This document shows, piece by piece, positions 38,716 through 46,205 of a stretch of 46,205 nt of DNA (position 1 is its first letter; each line of letters starts with the position of its first letter). A program made the position numbers and the translations under genes. The notes beneath the pieces were generated by a model, which was given only the letters and a program-made list of their open reading frames with translations, did no database searches and was not told the DNA's origin. Location: sequence record DRR723986_7317, one strand, 5' to 3'.

Positions 38716-39019
38716 AATTGATCCGAACTTTGGTTATTGCTGACAGGCTTCGATTTGGTCAGGCTTTTCGCCGATCCGACCACCGCGCGCATTCCTTAGT
38801 TGCCTCACTATTTTTAACAATGTGGACGCCGATGCCTCCGCGGGGCCTGACTGACCGCTGATTACGGGTCCTGTAACGCGCCTGTCACATTTTACCGACA
38901 TCTTCCTGCTCAAACCGTTGAAAACGGCGACTTTGGGGCTGTTTTCACCGCACCAATTCGCCATTAGCGGGCACTGGTGATTTTGACAAAGGGTTTATCC
39001 GTGATCGGAGTCACAGGGC

Positions 39020-39034
39020 TGGCACGCTTTCTGA
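39020..39034 (+). promoter_or_regulatory. Possible sigma54 (-24/-12) promoter of the globin-like gene
   Basis: TGGCACG-CTTT-CTGA: the -24 element is perfect, but the -12 reads GA instead of GC. Confidence 0.35.
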
Positions 39035-39080
39035 GTCATCTTGGCGACATCGAAATGAAGGATCAATGAGGGTTAGCCAG

Positions 39081-39485
39081 ATGACACTCTATATGAAACT
39101 AGGCGGTCGCACGGCGATCATGCGGGCAATGCCTCGCCTCAAAGCGAGACTGGAACAGGACCCGTGTTTCGACGTGACCAGCTTTCTGCCGGAATTCGAA
39201 CACTCGGACGATCTGACCGAGTTCCTGATCTTCCTTGCCGGTGGAGCGCCATTTTACGACGGCAAGCCCGTCTGTGAACTGCTGGCGCCGATCTGCACCT
39301 GCAACAACATCTACGAACGCTTCGTGGATCACCTTGTCGCAGTCATCTTCGACGGCGCCCCTGCCCCCGGAGACGAAGAGCACCTGCGTGAGCTCATGTC
39401 CCGACTTCGGCCGCATGTGCTCAACCCCAAGCCGGTTGCACCGGTAATGGTCTATTCCGTCGAACCCGAACCGATCTGCCTCTGA
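39081..39485 (+). CDS. Group I truncated (2/2) globin homologue lacking the proximal HisF8
   Basis: TLYMKLGG..AI, QDP, FL..LAGG..FYDGK and ..HVLN match the trHbN/GlbN pattern. Alternative start at 39066. Confidence 0.78.
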   Translation: MTLYMKLGGRTAIMRAMPRLKARLEQDPCFDVTSFLPEFEHSDDLTEFLIFLAGGAPFYDGKPVCELLAPICTCNNIYERFVDHLVAVIFDGAPAPGDEEHLRELMSRLRPHVLNPKPVAPVMVYSVEPEPICL

Positions 39486-39528
39486 TCGGTTCGGATAGAA
39501 AAAACGCCGGCATTTGCCGGCGTTTCTA
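39466..39528. terminator. Tandem hairpins / terminator between the globin-like gene and clpP
   Basis: CCGAACCGATC-N7-GATCGGTTCGG (39466-39494) spans the stop codon. It is followed by AAAAAACGCCGGCA-TT-TGCCGGCGTTT, whose U-tract is on the - strand for clpP. Confidence 0.8.
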
Positions 39529-39552
39529 CGTTTGCAGTCAGGTCAGTCGGGA

Positions 39553-40167
39553 TCAACCCAGTTCGTCCACGCTCGTGACGATCTTGCCGACCAGACCGTA
39601 GTCGATACCCTCTTCCGGGCTCATCCAGTAGTCGCGATCGGTGTCTTTTTCGATCCGTTCGATCGGCTGGCCTGTCGCCGCCGCGAAGATCTTGTTCAGT
39701 CGATCGCGCATCTTGATGATTTCCTTGGCCTGGATCTCGATATCCGTAGCCATGCCGCCGGCACCACCGGACGGTTGATGAAGCAGGAAGCGAGTGTTCG
39801 GCGTGCAGAAACGCTTGTCCTTGGGAACCGACACGTAGATCAGCGCACCGGCGCTGGCCACCCAGCCCATGCCGAGGATACGGACCTCGGGTGCGATGAA
39901 CTTGATGGTGTCGTGAATCATGTCACCGGATTCGACATGACCGCCCGGAGACGAAACAATGACCGTGATCGGGTCGTTGGAAACCTGCGCCAGCGCCAGA
40001 AGCCGGGCGCACACGTCGCGGGCCATGTCCTGTGTCACCGGACCGGTGATCAGAACTGTGCGCGCTTCGAACAGATGCTTGTCGACCTGGATCGACGGCT
40101 GGCTCTTGGGCTTATCCTCGTCTTCATCGTCGAGGCGTGCAGGCACCGTGGTCGAATAGTTTTTCAT
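39553..40167 (-). CDS. clpP: ATP-dependent Clp protease proteolytic subunit (stand-alone paralogue)
   Basis: SSPGG, GWVASAG (catalytic Ser), LLHQP (His) and DTDRDYWMS (Asp); GGGAG RBS. Confidence 0.93.
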   Translation of the reverse strand: MKNYSTTVPARLDDEDEDKPKSQPSIQVDKHLFEARTVLITGPVTQDMARDVCARLLALAQVSNDPITVIVSSPGGHVESGDMIHDTIKFIAPEVRILGMGWVASAGALIYVSVPKDKRFCTPNTRFLLHQPSGGAGGMATDIEIQAKEIIKMRDRLNKIFAAATGQPIERIEKDTDRDYWMSPEEGIDYGLVGKIVTSVDELG

Positions 40168-40350
40168 GCGCAGGATTAAGCTCCCTTTGCTGTTGGGCCG
40201 GCCTGGCCGGCATTTTCGATGGGCTGACGGAATGTTTCGCCGCCCCGCGTTGGTCCATGTGTAAGCGAAGTCAGTTGCACTCGCAAATCATCAGACCCTG
40301 ATTAGCGTGAAAAGAGTTATCAGATCGGCAACAGGTGACATTGCCCTCTC

Positions 40351-41208
40351 TCAATCACCCGGTCCTGTCGTCTCGCCGAAGCGCTTTTCCTGTCGCCCGA
40401 CAAGCAGATACCAAACCAGCATGGCTGCGAAAGGCAGGGACGGCCAGACGAACCACAATGTGGACAAGCCAGAAGTCAGCAGGTTGATCACGAAAAACAG
40501 GCCGATCATGAAAACGCAGCTTCGCACCCGCTTTGGCTGAGCTCTCAACCAACGGCGCGCCTGTTCAAACCCGGAGGCAACCGCCTGGGTGTCTCGTTCC
40601 CATTCCGGTCTTGGAATTTCGGTCTGGCGTCGCTCTGCAGTTCCGTTCGTCTCCTGCCCGGAACGTTTTTCCTCCGGCGCATTGCGACCGCCAATACGCA
40701 CGCAATAGGTTTCAACGGGATCGGTAACGTTCTTGACGTGCTGAGGGCCTAGCGGCTCAAAGCCCAGCGCCATCTTGGTCTTGACCTGGTCATAGACCGA
40801 TTGGGAGAGCATGATTCCACCCCTCGGCGCGATTTCCTGCAAACGGGCAGCAACATTCACACCGTCGCCGTAGATATCCTCGCCCTCGACCATGATGTCG
40901 CCGAGATTGATACCGATGCGAAACTCCATCCTGTTCAGGTCCGGAAGGTCCGCATTGCGAACGGAAAGCTCGTTCTGAATGTCGACGGCGCATTGAACGG
41001 CCTCCATCACCGAGGCGAACTCGATGATGACAGCATCACCCCATGTGTTGACGATACGTCCATTGTGACGCTCGGTCAGCGCAGACATCACCAACCGATA
41101 GGCCTTGAGCCGGTCCAGCGTTCCGTCTTCATCCCGCTCCATGAGCTTGGAATATTGCGCAACGTCTGCGCACATAACTGCCGCCAGACGCCGCTTGACC
41201 CGTTGCAT
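40351..41208 (-). CDS. Class III nucleotide cyclase with C-terminal two-TM domain
   Basis: RRLAAVMCADV..YS, NTWGDA, FRIGINLGD, DIYGDGVNVAARLQ and VKN; C-terminal FFVINLLT...WFVWP. Confidence 0.9.
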   Translation of the reverse strand: MQRVKRRLAAVMCADVAQYSKLMERDEDGTLDRLKAYRLVMSALTERHNGRIVNTWGDAVIIEFASVMEAVQCAVDIQNELSVRNADLPDLNRMEFRIGINLGDIMVEGEDIYGDGVNVAARLQEIAPRGGIMLSQSVYDQVKTKMALGFEPLGPQHVKNVTDPVETYCVRIGGRNAPEEKRSGQETNGTAERRQTEIPRPEWERDTQAVASGFEQARRWLRAQPKRVRSCVFMIGLFFVINLLTSGLSTLWFVWPSLPFAAMLVWYLLVGRQEKRFGETTGPGD

Positions 41209-41322
41209 GCTCTTACCCCGCTTACTCCCGCTTAGGAATGGGAAGGCAAACCGGAAATTGCAAGGGAAAATCCACCGAATTCGCCACCCAGCCCGAAGTT
41301 CGGCCAACTAAGAAAAGCAGTG

Positions 41323-41727
41323 TCAGATGTCTCCGGCGAGTTTGCGCAGTGCTGCCAGGGCATCATCGGCGCGCTCTTCGGGCACAAAAACGTGATCGTG
41401 AAAATAGGCTGCGACCACATTTGCCGAAATCCCCTCAGTGGCCAATGCAGCCGAGATCGACGCCGTCAGACCCACGGCTTCAAGTGAGGAATGCACCGTC
41501 AGGGTTATCCGGCGAAACCATTCGGCCTCGGCCAAACCCAGTTCGCGCGCACGCTCCACCGGCAGGATGGCTGTCAGGCCCTCCGTTTCCGCAAAAAGCC
41601 CGATCGGGTCGTATTCCGCCAGGTCCGTCATGGATTTCGAAGCGAAGGTGCAAAACACATAAGGCTCCGGATCCAGCATCGGACGCATCTGGGAGATCAG
41701 GGTGGCAAGGTCGGTTTCACCGGTCAT
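41323..41727 (-). CDS. ACT domain protein (DUF2241/ACT_7 type)
   Basis: MTGETDL..L, ETEGLT, ITLTVHSSLEAVGLTA and ISANVVAAYFHDHVFV. Confidence 0.9.
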   Translation of the reverse strand: MTGETDLATLISQMRPMLDPEPYVFCTFASKSMTDLAEYDPIGLFAETEGLTAILPVERARELGLAEAEWFRRITLTVHSSLEAVGLTASISAALATEGISANVVAAYFHDHVFVPEERADDALAALRKLAGDI

Positions 41728-41740
41728 TCGGATAATCCAT

Positions 41741-42331
41741 TCAAAGAAGTTTGCGCATCAGCGGCCGCCGCGGGCTTCTGCGTGCGATTTCGACAAAACC
41801 TGCTCTACGGAAGACGTCTGCTATACCCACGAAGCCTTCTCCCCATTGAAGGGGCTTTTCCGATTCCATTGGACAGGCATCCAGTTGATGCGCTCCCTGC
41901 GCTTTGGCGTGGCCAATGCCTGCATCAAGCAACACGGACATCAACCCGGTTTTGCGATGTCCGTTTCTGATAAAGAAACAGGTGACGGCATATGTCGCCG
42001 CCAGCGCTTGTGCGCTGTCATCGGACAGCGGCTGGGTGGTTTTGCCAAGCTGAAAACGCAGATACTGCATGCGCGGACCCAGTGCGATCCAGCCCACGGC
42101 CAGATTGCCGCGGTAGGCCAGAAGCCCTGGCGCCGGACCAGTGTCCACTTTCTGCTGGAATGCATCGCGCCGTTCATCACGGGTCATCGCTTTCCAGTCC
42201 CTGCCTCGCATGAACGGCCACATACACCAGCAACCGCCAGACGCCCCCCGCTCCGGTCCGAACAAATCCACCAGATCCGCCCAGCGCTCCGGGGTTGCAA
42301 GCTGAATATGGACGGGATCGTTATGTGTCAT
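41741..42331 (-). CDS. GNAT family N-acetyltransferase
   Basis: GCWCM, GLLAY..AVGW..LGPR, VTCFFI..HRKTG and FRRAGF; GGAGGAG RBS. Confidence 0.88.
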   Translation of the reverse strand: MTHNDPVHIQLATPERWADLVDLFGPERGASGGCWCMWPFMRGRDWKAMTRDERRDAFQQKVDTGPAPGLLAYRGNLAVGWIALGPRMQYLRFQLGKTTQPLSDDSAQALAATYAVTCFFIRNGHRKTGLMSVLLDAGIGHAKAQGAHQLDACPMESEKPLQWGEGFVGIADVFRRAGFVEIARRSPRRPLMRKLL

Positions 42332-42410
42332 ATCCACTCCTCCGGATAGCAAAGTTGCACGGAAAGAACGGGGACGGCAATCCCGGTGAAAGTGTCTGTT
42401 CCACAAAAGC

Positions 42411-42436
42411 AAAACGCCGCTCAACAGGCGGCGTTT
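42411..42436 (-). terminator. Rho-independent terminator after the SRPBCC-VOC gene
   Basis: On the - strand: AAACGCCGC-CTGTTGA-GCGGCGTTTT followed by GCTTTT. Confidence 0.75.
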
Positions 42437-42503
42437 CGAATTCTCATTCTTCGCTCAAGCCTTGTTGGGCAATCAAGACAACGAGCTGCGTGAATGCTCC
42501 AAT

Positions 42504-43466
42504 TCAGGCAGCGGCTTCCAGCCCGGCAATGTCGATCTTTCTCATCTTCATCAGGGCAGCACTGACACGGCCGGCCCGCTCCGGATTGCCTGCATGCATC
42601 AGCCGAGGCAACGCCTTCGGTACGATCTGCCAGTGAACACCGTAGCGGTCTTTCAACCAGCCGCACTGCCCTTCTTCCCCGCCATCGGCAAGGAGCGCCT
42701 GCCAAAGCCGGTCCGTTTCTGCCTGATCTTCCGTCAGTATGGAAATCGAGGTCAGGTAACTTGGCTGCATATCCGGGTTGCCGTTCAGGATCATGAAAGG
42801 TGAGCCCGCCAGGGTGAACTCGGCAACAAGCACAGGTCCATTCGGATCCGGCCTGAAGACCGAGCCCATCACGCTATCCGGCAACAGGGACGTATAGTAT
42901 TTGGCGGCTTCTTCGCCCTTCTCACTGAAGAACAGGCAAGTGCGTACCTTGGCGGAAAACGCAGGAGTTGTTTGCAAGCCCTCAATGGCAATCGACCTAG
43001 CAAGCTCATCAAGCTGAGCGGAAGCGGCCTTCCAGCCTTCCTCAAAACCCATTTCCAGGTGCTTTTTCCTGTCTGCTTCCGAAGTGTGGCGAGCCCCCCA
43101 TGTGAAGCGCGTACCAACACCGGGTACATCTGCCAGCTCCACATACCCGGTCATGAACGCGTTTTCTCGCGGCACATATCCTTCCGAATAGGCATCCGTG
43201 AACGTCAGTTTCTCACCGTCGACAACTTCCAGAAACATTCCGACGTTCTCGAACAGCTCCCCTTCCGGACCGGCCATCACTGTATTGAAACGCCCTCCCG
43301 GACGGACGTCCATATCGGCCTTCGGTACGAACCAGGGCTTCGGGCAAAACCACTGCTTCAATAATTCAGGATTGGTCCAGCATTGCCAGACCGCCTCACG
43401 CGGCGCGGCAATGACGCGGCTGAGTTCCAGTGTCAGACCTTCCTTGCGAATTTCGACTTCACTCAT
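42504..43466 (-). CDS. SRPBCC (AHSA1-like) plus VOC (PhnB/3-dmu-9-3-mt-like) fusion protein
   Basis: N-half LELSRVIAAPREAVWQCWTNPELLKQW...HLEMGFEEGW; C-half EEAAKYY, LNG, DQAETDRLW and CGWLKDRYGVHWQIVP. Confidence 0.9.
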   Translation of the reverse strand: MSEVEIRKEGLTLELSRVIAAPREAVWQCWTNPELLKQWFCPKPWFVPKADMDVRPGGRFNTVMAGPEGELFENVGMFLEVVDGEKLTFTDAYSEGYVPRENAFMTGYVELADVPGVGTRFTWGARHTSEADRKKHLEMGFEEGWKAASAQLDELARSIAIEGLQTTPAFSAKVRTCLFFSEKGEEAAKYYTSLLPDSVMGSVFRPDPNGPVLVAEFTLAGSPFMILNGNPDMQPSYLTSISILTEDQAETDRLWQALLADGGEEGQCGWLKDRYGVHWQIVPKALPRLMHAGNPERAGRVSAALMKMRKIDIAGLEAAA

Positions 43467-44098
43467 TGCGCTCTCCCGTTTCTAGACCGGCCGAACAACA
43501 GTTCGACGTAACGTTTCAGATGATCGATGCTGTCAATTGCTATCGACGGCGCATTGCCTGCCTTTGCCAGCACGAATGCCCCCTGGATCACGACCTGTGT
43601 GTGAAGCGCCAGACTTTCCGCACCACCTGGAACTTCAACGCCCCGGGCTTCAGCTGCTTCTGCGATATCGGAAACCAGCGTTGCGGCGTGCCCCGTTATG
43701 CTGCGGTTGCAGGCATCGCGGATGGAGGGGTTCGTGTCATAGACTTCCTGGACCATGGTCCCGACCAGACAGGTGAACTCAGTCACGTCGCCGTGCACCA
43801 GTGCCTTGCGGAAATCGAGATAGCCGAGCACCCGGTCCAGCGGATCTTCGGGATCGTGATACGCCGCCTTCTCGAACAGAGCCCCGGTCGTTTCAGACCA
43901 ATAGTCAGCAGCGGCTACTGCCAGATCGTCCTTCGAACGAAAGTGGTGGAAGAAGGCCCCCTTGGTCACGCCCGCCTCCCGGCACAGATCATCTACGGTG
44001 GTGGCCGTGTAGCCCTTCATGCGGATCACACGCAGTGCCGAATCCAGCAGCTTGATCCGCGCATCCGGCCGTTTCGCCTTTTGAGGTTTCTCTGTCAT
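43463..44098 (-). CDS. TetR family regulator (NemR-like)
   Basis: GYTATTVDDLCREAGVTKGAFFHHF, CLVG and IQGAFVLAK. 4-bp overlap with the downstream gene. Confidence 0.92.
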   Translation of the reverse strand: MTEKPQKAKRPDARIKLLDSALRVIRMKGYTATTVDDLCREAGVTKGAFFHHFRSKDDLAVAAADYWSETTGALFEKAAYHDPEDPLDRVLGYLDFRKALVHGDVTEFTCLVGTMVQEVYDTNPSIRDACNRSITGHAATLVSDIAEAAEARGVEVPGGAESLALHTQVVIQGAFVLAKAGNAPSIAIDSIDHLKRYVELLFGRSRNGRAQ

Positions 44099-44104
44099 AC
44101 GCTA

Positions 44105-44133
44105 CTAATACCGACCAGTTGGTATGTTGTCAA
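44105..44133 (-). promoter_or_regulatory. Promoter with operator in the spacer; probable leaderless tetR mRNA
   Basis: On the - strand TTGACA-17 nt-TATTAG-6 nt-ATG. Palindrome ATACCGAC-CA-GTTGGTAT (44108-44125) lies in the spacer. No SD. Confidence 0.72.
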
Positions 44134-44329
44134 TCAACTTGCTTGACGACCGTGCAGCGCCTTCCTTTCAGCGGCTAGCAAGGATGCGCCAAACGCGTTT
44201 GAGCGAGCGAGCGGGATTTCTGAAATTGAGGCATTGAAAAACGAAAGGGTTCCCCGCCAACACCTGAATTGAGCGGACGAAGAACGCTTGGTGATCGCAA
44301 CACACCGGGATTTAAGCCCAGGCCATGCC

Positions 44330-45019
44330 TTACCAGGGGATCGGCCTGCCGGTTTGATCGAAAAATCCACCGGTGTCTGCAGGCGTAAGACTGGTCAGCA
44401 CATCGACAAGACGCTCTGCTGCAACAGCCGGTTCCTGAACATCGAGCCCGGTTTTCGCAAAATTCTCGGTCAAGGGTGTTTTCACCGTGCCGGGATGAAG
44501 CGCAACACAGATAGCAGCGGGATTTTTGCGTGCCAGTTCGATAGACGCCGTACGGACCAGTTGATTGAGCCCAGCCTTGGCGGCCCGGTAAGCAAACCAT
44601 CCGCCAAGACCGTTGTCGCCGATCGAACCGACCCGGGCCGAAAGCGTCGCAAAGACGCTTCTTCCCTCTTTCGGGAGGAGTGGCAAAAAGTGTTTCATCA
44701 GCAGTGCCGGTCCAATGGCGTTGATCGCAAATGAACGGGCAAGGACTTCAGGATCGAGTTCGCGCAGGCTCTTTTCCGGACGGGCACTGCCCAAGGTGAG
44801 AGTTCCGGTGGCATCGAACAGCAATCGAACATCCCCCTCTTCCTCCCTTATCCAGTTGGCACAGGCCTGGATCATGCGTTCGTCGAGCAGGTCGAGAGGT
44901 GGTGACGACGTTCGATGAAGGGCGATAACCTTGTCGTAGCCGCTGCCCGCTTCAAGGTGGTCTCTCATGGCTGAGCCAATTCCGCCGCTGGCCCCAAAGA
45001 TTACGGTAATTGACGTCAT
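44330..45019 (-). CDS. SDR oxidoreductase, CsgA/C-factor-like
   Basis: GASGGIG, PEKSL, LSARVGSIGDN.LGGW.AYRAAK (YxxxK) and LHPGTV.T. Confidence 0.92.
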   Translation of the reverse strand: MTSITVIFGASGGIGSAMRDHLEAGSGYDKVIALHRTSSPPLDLLDERMIQACANWIREEEGDVRLLFDATGTLTLGSARPEKSLRELDPEVLARSFAINAIGPALLMKHFLPLLPKEGRSVFATLSARVGSIGDNGLGGWFAYRAAKAGLNQLVRTASIELARKNPAAICVALHPGTVKTPLTENFAKTGLDVQEPAVAAERLVDVLTSLTPADTGGFFDQTGRPIPW

Positions 45020-45089
45020 TCACTGCCTCACTTTCGTCGTGACAGCGATACGCAGAAAAAGCCGGATCGGTTCGCCAGCAGGATTGGTC

Positions 45090-45482
45090 TCAGGTGCTGC
45101 CGACCGTCGCTTCCCAGGGCCCATCAACAAATTCGGCTTCGTCATCCCCTGGCCAGGGAGGCATGGAGATACAAACGAACTGCAGAACGCTTTCACCGGT
45201 GTTGCGGTACTGGAAAGCTGTTCCAGCCGGGATATCGATGGAGACACCGGCTTCCAGGTCGACAACGCCCTGGCTGGAATCGTTGGACCTCCAGATCTGT
45301 CCATGGCCGGAAAGCACATGCCAGAACTCATGCACGGTCCTGTGCCGTGTTGCGCGGTTGGTCTGGCCGACAGGAACAGTCGAATGGATCATGTTTCCTG
45401 TCGGCCCATCCATGATGAAACGGATATCGGCCCCCGCCGGAGATTTCGCGTCGGGCTTTTCGGGAAGCCGGGTCTGTTTCAT
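45090..45482 (-). CDS. Cupin domain protein
   Basis: HRTVHEFWHVLSGHG, IDIPAGTAFQYRN and PPWPG. Confidence 0.85.
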   Translation of the reverse strand: MKQTRLPEKPDAKSPAGADIRFIMDGPTGNMIHSTVPVGQTNRATRHRTVHEFWHVLSGHGQIWRSNDSSQGVVDLEAGVSIDIPAGTAFQYRNTGESVLQFVCISMPPWPGDDEAEFVDGPWEATVGST

Positions 45483-45503
45483 GCCATTCTCCGAGTTCGG
45501 TGA

Positions 45504-46205
45504 TCAGGCCGTCTTGTTAAAGATCTCACGACCGATCAGCATCCGCCGAATTTCGGAAGTTCCCGCACCAATCTCGTACAGCTTGGCGTCACGCAGCAAA
45601 CGCCCGGTCGGATATTCGTTGATGTAGCCATTGCCACCAAGCAGCTGGATTGCATCAAGTGCCAGTTTGGTTGCGTTTTCGGCAGCGTAGAGGATTGCAC
45701 CAGCGGCGTCTTCGCGCGTGGTCTCGCCCCGGTCGCACGCCTTGGCAACCGCATAGACATAGGACTTGGTGGCGTTCATGGTCACATACATGTCGGCGAC
45801 CTTGCCCTGAACAAGCTGGAACGTGCCGATCGGCTGGCCGAACTGCTCGCGCTCGTGCACATAGGGAATGACCACGTCCATGGCTGCCTGCATGATGCCG
45901 ACGGCCCCTGCAGCCAGAACGGCGCGCTCGTAGTCCAGACCCGACATCAGCACGTTGACGCCCTTGCCAACCTGGCCGAGAACGTTTTCTTCCGGCACTT
46001 CGCAATCCTGGAACACCAGTTCACCGGTTTCGGACCCGCGCATGCCGAGCTTGTCGAGTTTCTGCGCGACGGAAAAACCGGGGAAGCTCTTCTCGACCAG
46101 AAACGCGGTAATGCCCTTCGGCCCGGCTTCCGGATCGGTCTTGGCATAGATGATCATCGTATCGGCGGACGGACCGTTGGTGATCCACATCTTGGAGCCG
46201 TTGAG
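45504..46205 (-). CDS. ivd: Isovaleryl-CoA dehydrogenase; 5' end outside the window
   Basis: [41 protein letters not shown] and [19 protein letters not shown]. Confidence 0.93.
   Translation of the reverse strand, partial: LNGSKMWITNGPSADTMIIYAKTDPEAGPKGITAFLVEKSFPGFSVAQKLDKLGMRGSETGELVFQDCEVPEENVLGQVGKGVNVLMSGLDYERAVLAAGAVGIMQAAMDVVIPYVHEREQFGQPIGTFQLVQGKVADMYVTMNATKSYVYAVAKACDRGETTREDAAGAILYAAENATKLALDAIQLLGGNGYINEYPTGRLLRDAKLYEIGAGTSEIRRMLIGREIFNKTA

Noticed and set aside
40351-41208. Cyclase plus two TM helices read as a Pycsar/CBASS-like antiphage system
   Set aside because: The TM part is a short fused anchor. There is no separate cyclic-nucleotide-binding effector gene, no defence or mobile context, and no obvious compositional shift.

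Overview
A 46.2 kb window of roughly 59% GC (estimated by eye) from an alphaproteobacterial chromosome. The gene content and the clpS-clpA/phasin/dac order suggest Hyphomicrobiales, possibly Roseibium/Labrenzia-like (inference). It holds about 46 CDSs: an EmrAB-type efflux pump with its TetR, selO, an M13 peptidase, a TetR-controlled pspA-yiaAB-aas membrane-repair operon, a PLP decarboxylase/ArsR pair, HIT, an orphan Tat-exported peptide-binding protein, GST, azlCD, clpSA, phasin, a DD-carboxypeptidase with SPOR domain, a VWA plus J-domain pair, two class III nucleotide cyclases, a stand-alone clpP and the 3' part of ivd. I saw no tRNA, rRNA, CRISPR, IS or phage sequence. Many operators are readable directly, including TetR palindromes, PhaR-like boxes and a perfect CtrA box. 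The best candidate for an undescribed system is at 37.2-39.5 kb: a Cys-bearing MetOD1/V4R-like protein closely linked to a PAS-like GGDEF diguanylate cyclase, followed by a group I truncated-globin homologue that has lost the proximal heme His and carries a Cys cluster. All family calls come from motif recognition by eye; no searches were run.
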